Assembly: GCA_002633005.1 (NCBI GenBank)
Contig: NMRA01000156.1
Coordinates: forward strand, 1 to 64,000
Length of the DNA: 64,000 bases
Origin: Phoronis australis
Lineage: Eukaryota; Animalia; Phoronida
Reading direction: 5' to 3'
Positions 1 through 13,176 of the stretch are shown piece by piece. A model generated the notes under the pieces. It had not been told where the DNA came from. It did not search any database and worked only from the letters and a program-made list of their open reading frames with translations. Made by a program: the position numbers and the translations under genes. The first letter of the stretch is position 1. Each line of letters starts with the position of its first letter.

Positions 1-736
1 AGGGAGGGGAGACGGTGGGAGGAGAGAGTTTGAATTACATCAACAGTGGACCCAATAATCACAATTGCATTTTCTGCATGGTTATATAAAGAGAGTTGCC
101 ACAGGAAATCAAAAACAAACTATTATTTACAAAAACAACCTTACAATAAGCCAGCATTTTCGCACACCAAGATCTCCTTCACAGATGTATGATCGTTTCA
201 AATGACTGCCACAGGCACTAATGGTTCTTTGGCATTGTAAGCCTTTTTAAAGATGCCAGGATCGCATTAAGCATGCTAAATTGCATTATTGAAAGTGGTT
301 ATCTGTCAACGAGACAGAACTCAACCTGCTCACCTGGTATTTTTAGAGTTTGTTCGTAAAGACTTTTTTTACTTCTGTTGATAACAAAGCATTTTCTTCA
401 AGTTTCAAATTTCAAAAAAGAATCTGTCAACTCCTCGCCTCTTTGTCGATTTTCTCCCACAAGGCAAAGCACGTCTCCTTATTTGGTATGGCAAGACATA
501 GACGCAACACATTTCCCGAATGTGACATTTGACCTCAAGTGACTTCAAGCAACTGGCTAAGAGAACATGCGCACGTTTATCAAGTGGGAGGGAGAATAGA
601 AACTACTTAGGGAGTATTTCAAAAATCGCGATTTTTTTCTGGAAATCTCCTCACATGGCTTCGCTTCTCGCGCCAAATTTCGTTCTCGATCGCCTTCCGG
701 TCGTTCTCGATCGCGGGTTGGCCGGGGTGTTATATA

Positions 737-824
737 TTCGAGATGGTGTACGAAACCGTTGACTCGTGTTTTCACGTGTTTTCACGTGTTCACGCAAGTT
801 CAGGGTCTCGTGCACTATCTCGAA
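737..824. repeat. Short imperfect inverted repeat (21-bp arms)
   Basis: ttcgagatggtgtacgaaacc (737-757) pairs with ggtctcgtgcactatctcgaa (804-824); the loop has tandem ttttcacgtg copies. Confidence 0.65.
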
Positions 825-1075
825 CACGTAATTAGGTAAAGTAAACAAACCAATTCACGTGCGTTTCCCATGAAGAGGGCGGGAGAGTATGAGCTGTTCA
901 AACCTACATTTTTCGAAGAATATCAACTAGATTGTGAAAAGGTTGCTATAATGCCATTCTCCGTAAAATATTCGGCCTTATGACAAGCATACTTAGCTTC
1001 CTAAGAAGCGCCTGCGTTCGATTTAGGAGCGCAATTAAAGATAGACATGATTTTAATATAAGACTGGTGCAAAGC

Positions 1076-1141
1076 CAGCTTCGTCCCCAAGCTTCAAGAT
1101 GGAGCTGATTAGCGCCATGTGGGGGCTTGGGAACGAGGCTG
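1076..1141. mobile_element. 66-bp palindromic mini-element made only of two TIRs (same family as 9578-11250)
   Basis: cagcttcgtccccaagcttcaagatggagctg..tagcgccatgtgggggcttgggaacgaggctg. Degenerate flanking direct repeat ggtgcaaagc / ggtacaaggc. Confidence 0.7.
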
Positions 1142-4100
1142 GGTACAAGGCAAGCCGTGTTTACAAAATCCACTCCAGGGTCAGTGTTCGTACTGTTAGT
1201 TAGCCCTCGATACAAAGACATTGCAAGTCAATTATTGAAATTAAAAATTTACTTCCATTAAAATTGCTAGTTGTTGTTATCGCCGATCACCCTGGAATCG
1301 ATTGGCCAGTGCAGTCGGAATCAGGGAGATAAAAAAACCGCATGGATAATATGCAGACTTCTGTGTCCAAAGAATCACGCAATATTCAGGGATTGATGGC
1401 ATAAATTTATTATCAACCACGCATGCGTAGGAGTGTTATGCATTAGTTGGTTCTAGTATTGTTTCTTGCTATGGAATATAGGAATTAAGGTGTAATGTTT
1501 GTTTAGTACAAATGAAGTAAGTTTTGAACTTTTATCACCGAAAACTTCTTCCGAACAAATTTTCTCTTCTATATTTTTGGAATATTTTCCAAAATATAAA
1601 TAATTAAGTTAATAAGTAATTATTATTTTGCATACAAAACATAGCAGAGTGTAATATTGAAACCCTTCATGTACTAATTAGCTGTCGAGTGATTAATCAA
1701 CTAAATAAACAACTGGTTAACTTGTACGGATAATTAATTTAGGCTATAATAGTAACATAAAAAGAAACTTAACCAGAGAGGTTATAGAAATGACCAGCAG
1801 GGAAATAGTTTCAATGATTCAAAAGATTTCTGCCGATAAAGACAAATATCTCAGAACGTAGATCCTTCACTGTTGCTGTGAAGTCAGTCATCGATCCAAA
1901 ATTATATATCTTGGACCTTTAGTGCCGTCTGATACAGTTACATTGCTGAGTAAAAATTCATGTGACATTTTCAGAAATGTTATGAACCAATTACTCCGAG
2001 TTCCTATCCGAAATTTGCAGATCAGGGTTTTCCGATAGATAATGGGCAAACATCTGTGTAGCTTTTAAATACACTGCGGATAGCTCATTAGATAGGTTGC
2101 AGTGTAGAACGTTACATAGAAATTTAGGAATAAATACATTTAAAAAAGATATTGATACTGATACATGTAGTGTGCGCTACCCTAAACAAGAGATTTTGGA
2201 ACACATTTTTAAAATTGTTATCTTACTAAAGAAGTAAGCTCTGGAAAATGACAATATTCATAACAAAAAGACAACGTTATTTTGATCACCTGTTGCGTAA
2301 TTGTCAACATTTGAGAATGAAAAACGGGGAAAATGGATTGAAAAGCGGGGCATCTGGGTCTATGCTCAAATGCAAGGGTGAAATGTTCTCCCCAAAACGC
2401 AAAAACGCCCCAAAAACGTTTTTTGTTGCACGGGAGCCGCAACACCCAGAAGCACCAGACGGGATTTTTGTTTGTTTAGTCGAATGGGACATTTCAGGAG
2501 CCCGGCGCAAAAAACCTGTGAAACGTCCCGTTTTTTTAGTCGAACGGGAAAATAGGGCTGTGTCGCGAGGGAAACCACATTGGTATACGATAATATGTCA
2601 GTTTCGCTGGTCTCGTCCCCAAGTGACTCGTGACTGCTCGCCTCACGGGATGTCCAAAAGCAATAGTTGTATTAAGTAAATATAGTGAGATGAGAAGGAA
2701 GTCCACTTTAGAACAATAATTTTTAAAGCACCCTATTAGGATTAATAAAACCATAAAACACGAGAAATCAACTAAACGACCAATACCTGTAGACTACTCC
2801 CTATTAATTGCTCTTCGTTGTGTTATAAAAAATAACGCATTGTTTTGACAATCCTCATAAATGGTTTGACAGTTTTTGACCGACCCAAGTAGCAACACTT
2901 TCTTTGCGGGTTTTGTTTTTGCAAGCCCGTAACCAATCACAAGTAATGCAGACCATTTGCTGCACTCTTCATCCCCCCTGCCATCACCAATTTTCTGCCC
3001 CGGGTCGCCAGTCGTCTACAGGTTTCCCAGACTCAACTAGAAACAAGTGTCTCCCTACTGAGCCTGAGGCGCTGCTTAACTGCCCGTACATGATTCCTTG
3101 AGCAGAGCTCGGCTGCCGATGGGGTGCATTCGCGTTTGTCGCTACGGACAGGTCTGCTACCGAAACGAAAAGCAACTAAATTTTATGACCTCTTAGATCG
3201 ATGACTGGCTTTGCTTCGGTTATTGTATCAATAGATTTTGTTATTAACCCGCTTCTCCTTTCCTCGCAGTATTCATACTGTTATTCTGTTGGCTCCCAGA
3301 ATTCTTTCTTCAGACAGTCTTCACACCAGACTTTCTGACTAGTCATGTAGTCATCAGACGCAGAAATTGACACTAAGCGTCAACACTTTGCTACTGAAAT
3401 ATCCTTTTATAATCTGATTACAAATGAAACGCCAAAAGGTGTAGCTGTTTACGAAATTTACACTTGACTTTAGTCACCTTACATTCAACGTTCTGGAATA
3501 CGATATTCACGTTTGTTCCGTTATCTTTGAATTCCACATTTTAGATGATTTATTTGTGGGAATACTCGTTTTCAAACACTCGCTTAGTGAGACGTTGTTG
3601 GTGTAAACTAGCTTAACGTGGGAGATAAATTTTTCTTCTGTTTGGACCATGGACTTTAAGCACGTCCATGCTTGATCTTGAATTTATGAGAGTCTCTATC
3701 CAGTATGTTCACTCCTAAAAGCCAATCTCATTGTCATTACAACAGAGCGAGTAGATGAACCACTGTTTGTTTTCATTCTATTTCGCAAAATCCTAAAAAT
3801 AATCCACTAATGCGTTTTGCGGTCGTACAACCCCTTATGCCCCTTTAATTTAAATTTAAATGTGGACAACAACGTGAGGTTATTAACACCAACACCACTA
3901 ACTACAGATGGCGCTGCTTCATGATAACCTGTGTAACTGACGATTAGTGTAACGATGGAACAACCAGTGTATGGTGACTCAATTAGCATTTTTCTTTCTA
4001 TCAAACAAGAAGGCGGCAGTATTCTTAACACATTTTGTAATCCCTGTGTTTATGTTCATAGTTTTTTTCATCACCTCATTCGCATTTAATAATGTTGTGG

Positions 4101-5239
4101 TGATTGTCAGTCCAGGTAGGGTGTTTGTAATCCCTTTAATTATGGTAATATTTTTTGTTTATTTTATTCTTATTTAACGATGTTGTGATTGGCATTGCAG
4201 GTATGATGCTGTGGTGGTTTTTGAGGCTGTTCCATTTCGTGTAACGAATGGACCAAATTCTAACGTAGAATGAATAAAATTAAGCAAAAATAATTTTTCT
4301 TGGAGTAAAACCAGAGATCGTCCATCACGTGCTAGAGTCCTGAAAGTGATTCAGATTCTGATTCCCCGATATCAGGACTGCTAGATTAGATTTATACAAA
4401 GTTCAGTCAGTTTTCAAAAAAAAACGTCAACAGTTATTGATTTTATTTCACAAAATGGGTCACCCGGGGCCAACTGTACACGCAGCGTGAATTTGCGCTA
4501 AATGTGCGGTAGAGTAGATTCTGACTCGCCATTCTTATACTAAACATAACGTTAAGCATTTCCATTACGAAGAAATTATCGCTGTTTTGGTCAATATGCT
4601 GCTTTCTTTTCACTTTTTCTCACTTGCGGGGACAATAGAATTATTCTGTATGGTGGGCCCACGACCACGAGAATAACCCGCACTCTCACACGTTCCTCTT
4701 TATATTTATTTATTCCAAGGACTAAAATGACTGACCAGTGACTTCCATTAAGACCTGTCCGATTATTGTTTTCGGATCCCTTTCATAGCGGTAACTGTTG
4801 CATACACGATCCCAACAGTCAATTGTCATGCCCAGGACTGCTCAATAAATAATTCCGTTTGTCTGTACCTTACGCGGTAGGCATTATGCCGGCTCACCTG
4901 CCGCGGAAGAATAATCAGTTTAATCGTGAGGCCAAGTTATTGTTGATAATTGCTGGTTTAGCGAGATAACTCGCTGTGTCGGCAGACAACGTCAATTATG
5001 TTTAAGGGTAACCGATTAGATTACAATGATGCTAAATAATTTGAAGTTATTTAGAGATTATTATGCTAGAATTGGAAAAATTTTACTCGCATTCCAGAAA
5101 AATGCAAGGGAAGATCGATCAAAAGAAATATAGACACTCATCTATTGTTTTTAGTCATGTCTTTTGATATGACGACACCCTGCAAATTGCAGACGTAGCA
5201 AGTTATTTCAAAACAGAGAAACAATTTTTGTAGGTTGGA

Positions 5240-5990
5240 CAATATTCGGCATCTCCGTCATGCTGTACGCCCTCTAGTGACAGTTTTGGTACCTTGGTCC
5301 TATTTCTGGCGTCCGTCTTTATATCTGCACCTGCAAACGGTTTTAACAATCGTAGTAAAATTTGATGAAGATGTTCCTATTGACGAGAGCATGAATGAGA
5401 AGGATTTTCAAAGCGGGGTATGAGCACCATTATGCCTCCCAGTGGCAGTTTCATATGTTTTGCGTCTTCGTCAATATTTATATATCAACATAGGTGAAAG
5501 ACCATCATCAAATATGAGGGGTTTGTTCCTATAGCGTGAGAGCATAGCTGACGTTGATTTGGGAACAGATTCGAATACCGCTTCAACTCCTAGTGGAAGA
5601 GTTTTAGCGCCTGGCTTAATATTTACAGAATTTGATGGACATGTTCCCATTGACAAAAGTATGGTTCAGTGACATTGGTTTTCGGACGGATTCGAAATCT
5701 GCTATTCCAATTTTAGTTTTATTAGGCCTGCCTCAATATTTACCAAGTTCGATGAAGGATCGTCTTGAATTTTGAGGTCAGCGTGGTTGCCGTTGTTTGT
5801 CAGACGAGTACTGTTATGGCCCCTGATGGTATTTGTATTTTTGTGTCTGCCTCAATATCTATCAAGTTCTTTATAAACAGTAGTTACGGAATTTGATTAC
5901 GCCAATTACGTCGACTTTCGAACGGAACCGACAGCCGCTGTAATCTCTTATCTTAATTTTAGTTTTTAGTGCGCCAGGATCGCACCTGCC
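5240..5990. repeat. Highly diverged tandem repeat (about 120-165-bp units), possibly internal to a Helentron/HINE-like element
   Basis: Recurrent motifs aaatttgatgaagat / gaatttgatggacat / aagttcgatgaaggat and gcctcaatat; CTCF-like motifs on the minus strand at 5267-5280 and 5432-5445. Confidence 0.45.
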
Positions 5991-8143
5991 AGTTTTTGCA
6001 CCCGTAGTTTAAACATGTCTTCACTGGTGGAAACGTTTGAAATGCCCCCTACATCTGCCATCGGCGATGCTCAAAGTGGGCACATGTCAACGCTCTTCCT
6101 CGCACTTGTATGTTCTCTTTTTGGAAATGGTGACTCAATCCCAAGTTGTTGATGGGTAGCAATTGCTACAGGTCACTAAAATAAATGATTGTTGATTGAT
6201 GGATTGATTGTATTAGATGTCGTGTTGGCCTCCGGTCATTTAAAGGCAGAACTAAGTAAAACCGAGCCGTCAGCTTCATCAGCTGATAGTTGTTTGGTAG
6301 AAAATGGCCGAGGAAAACGGCGGTGGTGTCAATCAAAGTCAGTCCAAAAAGGCAACAGAGTTGTCCTGAGTGCATATGTAAAGGAGAAGACCTATCGCAA
6401 GTTCCGCCCCCTTGGGAAAAGTCGACAAACAAACAATACGTGTTGTTCGTCTTATAACGTGGTGGTTTAGAAACGAAGGTGTGTCAAAAATGCTGCGTTC
6501 TGTTTGGTCATTTAAACAGTCACTCAAAATCCGACGGAAGAGTAACCTCTCTTGAATAAGCATCGGGAACGAGCGCTGAATAGCCGTGAGAGTTATGTTG
6601 ATGTCAAGCTTGCTCGGCCTCGAGCAGGCTTACCTGTAGCCGGGCCCCGGATGGATTTTCATTCTTTTCTCGTCTTCCAGGACTGTCTTTACTTTCTTTC
6701 TTGGTTTTGGTCAGTTTTGATCATAAACATATACTTAGTTTGGAAAGCTAATACGATTTTCAGTATTGAACTAATTAATCGATTGAGTTCCTCGCTGAGT
6801 CTGTCCAAATAACTAAATAATTGTTTTGATCTCTGCCAAATGTAAGTACAAAACTCGCTTTGAAAAATATCCGAATACACTCTGAAGACCCGGTAACCTG
6901 AAAATTGTTATTGCTAACCTCTGTTTAAATTCTAAAATTACACACATTTGTGCCAAGTTAAAACGAGCTGCCTGTACCTGAAGATAACGTGGGCAACAGG
7001 GATGTCGCTGGTCCTTTCCTTTACAGATTTTTGACGCATAGAAAAAAAAGCACATTTGCGTAAAGAAGTCAATTTGGCGAAAAAGCTCAAAACAAGTGTT
7101 GAAGAATCCCCTTTGATGAAATTGGCGTAATTCTATTCAAATTTGTGCATTTTATTCACAGATCATTGTCGCTCATTATACTACTTCAAACGCAAAAGGC
7201 ACAACGTGCTTTGAACTTGATTTGCATGGAAGCATTTAAGAAAACGTATTTATAAAACAATTTGAACAGTGTCAGATTCATTGTTTACTCCACACGAAAT
7301 GATACCATCGATTTTTATTTTTATCAATTTGTTTAGTTCACACAAGAAATTAAAAGAAAAATAAAACAAATAAAAATGTCAGAAAATAAAACACTAAAAA
7401 TACACTTATAAGTGGAAAACACGGACTGCACAAAAAGTCAAGGGTTTGTTTCAACTGGACTGATGCCTCAGCGCCAAACTTCCTATCGACCTAGAATATA
7501 CCCGAGAAAGCAGCGTACTCACTTGAGACAATACCGGCGAGGGCTACTTCCCAACCACTGTGTCCAGTAGCGTCAGTAACCTGACCCTGACAAAACATGT
7601 TGGCAATATTTCATCTGAACAAGACCAGTTCAAGTTTCTTGTCCCATTACTCATAAATCCCCTAAGAGGATTATCTAGCTAACGGGAAGCCATGGAAGTA
7701 GTTTGACACCCTGCTCGTGTGTTTTGTCTGCTCGTCACTCCAAGTAAACATACCCATGACAAGGTAGACACCTTTCCTTCTATTCCCAAGGGAATACCTG
7801 CTACTCATGCGCTTTATTGCTTTGTATCTTTGGTCAATTTTATCTACTTTGCATTGTTTGATGGTACACCATGAGGGTCTTGTTTATTTTAACCACCTCA
7901 TGTCGTCTAATCAAACACGGCACCAAAACCATGTAAATAAGCAATAAACCAACGGTTATCTATTTGAAATGGCTCAACAAACTTCGAAGCGTGTACATTC
8001 GGTCCGTGGTTTATTACGCACCTACGGTCTAGCCACGTGGGTACTTATAGATCACTGGGATTTGAATTGACAATTCTTGACAACGCTAAAGAAAATATGG
8101 TGAATCGTGGGACATTGTGCCACGTAGGCCTTTAGGAAGCACT

Positions 8144-8290
8144 GAACAGGGTCGAGTTCAATTACTGTCTCGTGACTAGAAAATGTAGCCAAAATCCGAC
8201 GTTCTCGTCTTGAAAATACACGGCGATATCTCGTGAGATCTTGCTTTTCTAGCGAGACACTGAATAGCGTTATTGAACTCGATCCTGTTC
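8144..8290. repeat. Foldback/MITE-like inverted repeat
   Basis: gaacagggtcgagttcaat...gtctcg..ctagaaaa is mirrored by ttttctagcgagac...attgaactcgatcctgttc. Confidence 0.7.
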
Positions 8291-9577
8291 TAACTGGGTT
8301 TTGCCTGTCTGTGCACAGAATGAAAATTTGTAATTTAACTTCAAAGGCGCTACGCGAGACCGCAAAAACTTTATTCTTTCCCATATTTTTGTCGTTTCAC
8401 CTCCACCGAAAAGGAAGCCCGGCTCAGAAAAAATGTGGCAACAAACGGAAAATTGACACATTTCAACCCAAAACCACCACATCCTTGCCAATGGTCGACA
8501 CAAGCCAACATCAATTTTTGAAAATTTTCAACAGATTCCACATATTATTTGGTTGAACTGAATCAGATTTTTTGGCAATTCTGGGTTGTTTGACGCCTAC
8601 CAGAAATCGCAGCAGATTCCTCAAACCAAGGCCTGCGGCAATACAATGCAGCACAGCTACAGGGAGCAGGAAAGGAAATCTACAGCCAAACAGCTAGCGC
8701 CGACTCATTCTTTGATTCACAATAACCCTACAAGCACAAGCAAACCAGATTCATTGAACCTACTCGTAATCTGTAGCCTACCTCCAAACTGTCGTCCAAA
8801 ACCTGGCCCAATACCCCCTAGAATTTAATTTCCAAAGAGTTTAGTCTAACTGTACAATACCACCTCTTGGTACCACTCAATACTTTCTCGGCCGGAGCAT
8901 GACCACTGATGAATGTACCTGCTCCAATTTCAATGAATTGCGTCGCGCCTGCTGGGTTGTCTGGAGATTTTGGTAGCACGTGACCTCGCCTCAGCCGACT
9001 TCGTGTAAGCCGAAATACAATCAAGTTCCTGCGCATCGTATCATTTTGAATCCATACTGTAGGTTCATATATCCACTATTTCAGAAGGTGGCCCATCTGG
9101 AACAATTGGAGGATTTCATAGCCTCAAATTTAGCCTGTGCGCATTGGTAGTCATACGGCTACTAATTTGACTTTAAAACTTGAAAATGGTTGGCCGCCGA
9201 AGTTGTGTGTGCGCAGATAACTTTTCACCTATGAGGGGAAATACTGACCTACGAAAATACGCCAGGTGTTTCGAATGGTAGTAAGCCTTGTGGGCATAAG
9301 AATATTTGTCACTTAATTGGTTGTATTTGACTTTTTTACTGATACCAAAAATCAAGCATGCGCATTCCACAGCCAGCAGGTTCGTTGGAAACAAGTCCTC
9401 TCATCTAGAATCCACCAAGTGTCACACAGGCGATCATCTGCTAGGTAATCTGGCAGTTTATTTTGAATAGATATCACCTGTTTACTCGTGTTTAAATTGA
9501 ACTTCTGGCTGTTTGAAATACTGCCAACCACTGTCATAAAGTGATTTCTACAGACCGTTTATCTACATCTGCTGGCG

Positions 9578-11250
9578 CAGCCTCGTCCCCACTAGCCTCA
9601 AGATGGCGCTGATCGGTTTAAGCATTTGAAGCTTGGTTATGGGAAATGAAATGTGTCAAAATTACGGAAATCGCCGAAATATCACGAGTAATATAATTTT
9701 GAAATTTTCTGAAGTTTTATATAAAAATGAAAACTTTTGGCATATTTCAGTTATTTAGGTCCAAATTATCGCAAAAATTATATACTTTGATTCGAAAATA
9801 GATTAATTTCTATGATGCTATTAATGAAAAAGAATTGAATTAGTAATCGAAAAACCTTAAGTTTATTTCAAACAATAACCAAAACAATGCCTTCTGCTTC
9901 ATGAATGACAGCAACAACGCCTGTGAAAATAATTAAGATCAGCAAGAGCAGCCAATCATTGCACAAAAGGTAATTCACATAACTCAGTCTCAATTAAAGT
10001 CCTTCTTGCGAACTGCCCATGTGGTTCCAGTATCCGAAAATACTTACTAAATAAGTTTATATTCTTTTCGCCTTTCTTGCCAAAAGCGATTTTTTAACAG
10101 TATTTGACCCTTCTCTCTGAGCGTATGATTACCGGTTGTCATCGGTTATTTCCGTACCCAAATTTCCGGCTCATCAGTTCAGGAACTTGTCCTGAACGCC
10201 GCCATTTTTTCCTTGTAACTGAATGTGCTATGGCTTGCTCGAAAAGTCTTCATTATTTTTTTATTAGTAATATATCGTGATTCGTTTGCATATGTAGTGT
10301 ACTTATAGTTTGTAGTTAGTGGTCGTTGATTTTTTTTGGAATGTTACGCGTACTTAGTATGTTAAAATAGCATTGGTGTTTAGTTCCTTACGTAGGCGGG
10401 TCGAACCTAGGAACCAATATGGGTCGAACCNCGCCCTCATGCGCCTGCTAGTCAGCAATTCGCACCCGAACTCAAAATGGGATCTGATACAATTTTAGCC
10501 CCCCCCCCCAAATCCGTAGTCATGAAAACACAGCCTGGCTGGCCCATTCTCCGGTCGTTACTAGATGCTTTAAACAACTGACCGACATGCGACAAAATAT
10601 GATCTAACTTTTCGAAAACTTTTATAAATTTTACACGGACATATTTTGCTTCGTCGCGGCAACGACCCAACGCTTGCGAATCTCAACGTCTGTAGAGATT
10701 GTGAAGCAGACAGTTGCGTGTCCGTATTTTTTCTAGCCGTTCGCGGAACAACACGGTCTGAAACATAGAACTATGCCGATAAGCTAACAGAGCATCGTAG
10801 CGAGCCTCGTTTTGGAATGCGCCTCCTGTCGGCGTGAATAGGGTCTATGGGAAATGAAAAGTGTCAGAATTACGGAAATCGCCGAAATATCACGAGTAAT
10901 ATAATTTTGAAATTTTCTGAAGTTTTATATAAAAATGAAAACTTTTGGCATATTTCAGTTATTTAGGTCCAAATTATTGCAAAAATGATATACTTTGATT
11001 CGAAAATAGATTAATTTCTATGATGCTATTAATGAAAAAGAATTGAATTAGTAATCGAAAAACCTTAAGTTTATTTCAAACAATAACCAAAACAATGCCT
11101 TCTGCTTCATGAATGACAGCAACAACGCCTGTGAAAATAATTAAGATCAGCAAGAGCAGCCAATCATTGCACAGAAGGTAATTCACATAACTCAGTCTCA
11201 ATTAAGGGCTAAGCCTATCAGCGCCATCTTGAGGCTTGGGGACGAGGCTG
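9578..11250. mobile_element. Non-autonomous TIR element (about 1.67 kb) with 9-bp TSD and two internal 360-bp direct repeats
   Basis: About 45-bp TIRs cagcctcgtcccca(ct)agcctcaagatggcgctgat... / ...atcagcgccatcttgaggcttggggacgaggctg. Exact flanking repeat ctgctggcg at 9569-9577 and 11251-11259. Direct repeats 9638-9997 and 10846-11205 with 5 differences seen. One N at 10431. Confidence 0.85.
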
Positions 11251-11261
11251 CTGCTGGCGGT

Positions 11262-11841
11262 GCTCGCTGGTTCCCTACGTCCCTAGCCAGTACGCAGGTA
11301 TCACGCAGTGGCACGCGCTTTAGCATTGGTTGATGTGAGCTCAGCAGTGATTGGTTAGTTTTACAACAACGTGAACAAATGGCGGACTGTGAACGGTTTT
11401 TAGCCTTGTCATGCAAATGGCGTAGCAGCAACTATTTCGTTTCTGCAATAATGTTTAATAGCTGCGTGCTTGAAGCACATACATGTACAATAAACACATA
11501 TCTGGTCGATTTAGCGGTGTGTTATTCATACTGTACGAATACAGGATAGTATCGTAAACAAAAGTCATCGACAGTAGAAAGATGCACTCCGAAAAGGCGC
11601 AACCACAATTTCTAGCATTCGCATTTCCTGAACATAAATTTTAAGCACCAATTTCAGTCTGCCCAACAGACCACATTTACACTTCAGTCCTTCAGTCATG
11701 CCAGTTTGTTTGCGTGAAGCGCTTCCTGTTGAGAATTCGACTAGCCAATCAGAAACGCCGGTTTAAAAATTTCCCAAGGAAACTAGTGATACATGCGTGC
11801 TGGCTACCGACCACCTAGCGGCACGCAGGGAACCAGCGAGC
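11262..11841. mobile_element. MITE-like element with about 45-bp imperfect TIRs
   Basis: gctcgctggttccctacgtccctagccagtacgcaggtatcac is mirrored by gtgatacatgcgtgctggcta...gcacgcagggaaccagcgagc. Confidence 0.65.
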
Positions 11842-13074
11842 TGGCTGTGCTGCTCGGGATTACCGCTATCCAACAATCCTTTGTGCATACGACGTTTCTT
11901 ATTATCCGTAAAGAGGACAGTTACTTGAAACATGGTTTCATTTTTCTGGTTGTTTGCTGGCGGCTGTAGGGTCATTTGAATCATCATCGAGGATAAAAGA
12001 CTGTTTGTTAAGGAAATAGTACTTTGAAATATGAAGCAGCCTGTTTTTGTTTACATGAAGAGTTAATGAACGTTTTTGTTATGTTATAGTTTTGTTATCT
12101 AAAAACCGTGCAACGAGTGCTAAACTAAAGAATACATCAGATCACGATTTGCCAGGCATGTTTTTGTTAAACCTTCCTGACAGGTGAGTAAGCTCGCGTG
12201 GCGTAATAGTCACTGGGAAGTGTAGGGAGACACGCGTTACCCCGTAGCGAAACCAATAAGGGTTACTGACCTTTAACACGCCACTTCTTGCTAAAAGTCA
12301 AGTTTGTAATAATCTAATTCACACCGATAATACTGCCGCGTGTGTCGCCACTCGTTTTCATTTGCCTGGGTGACTGCTTTTGATAAATATGAGCTACGGT
12401 CACGTGCTCGTGACGTAACTTAAGATTCGCAAACCACGATTGGACACGATAGCTTCTGTCGTGGATTAAAGAATAATTTTGCTATTGTGAACACGATTAG
12501 CTTACGAGATCACCGCAAGGCTTTTCAATACAAAAGATAAGTGGTTCATTTGCAAAATTGTTGTGCTTCCTTTTTTCTACATCACCAAACATTTGAGTGA
12601 ACACAAATGCGACTTAAGCAAGTATAGGGAATTTAGAAAATACTCGACTGTAAGGTAACTTGTAATCTACAAAAGATATATGTACAGAAAGCTGGAACCA
12701 TGCAGCAAACAATTGTGCGGAACGCATTTGAGAACGCTGCTATTTTCGTTTTGTTTTTGAAAATTACCAAACACTGCTCATCAACTGCATTCAAAACTCA
12801 ACCTGACGAAGTTATGAAATGTATTTTTAGAGGTTCCGTAGACAACAGTCGACGGCAAATAAAGTCGCAAACAATCGATGATTCTGCTGGGATTATTACA
12901 GTGCACACTTCTCATTATTTAGCTTTCAGAAAGTATGTGACGCGATTTATTTTAGAGGGACGCCATACTTTTGCCATAACATTGCGTTTTTGCGAAAAGT
13001 TTTATTCATGAATTCAACCTAGTTAATTTCCGCTAAACGCCACATTACAATGGCTGCATTCGGTTGGCTTCGCC

Positions 13075-13176
13075 GGTTCCGCCGGGTCAACAGGCTTGGA
13101 CATCAGATTGGTTTTCCATGACGACTTCCTGCTCACGAACCAATCAGATGTCTTTGCCAGTTGACCCGGTGGAACC
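13075..13176. repeat. About 100-bp hairpin-forming inverted repeat
   Basis: ggttccgccgggtcaa..gacatcagattggtt pairs with aaccaatcagatgtc..ttgacccggtggaacc. Confidence 0.75.

Noticed and set aside
7440-7860. Possible decayed LINE reverse-transcriptase fragment on the minus strand (..FTWSDEQTKHTSRVS..)
   Set aside because: Resemblance too short and weak to call without a translated search.
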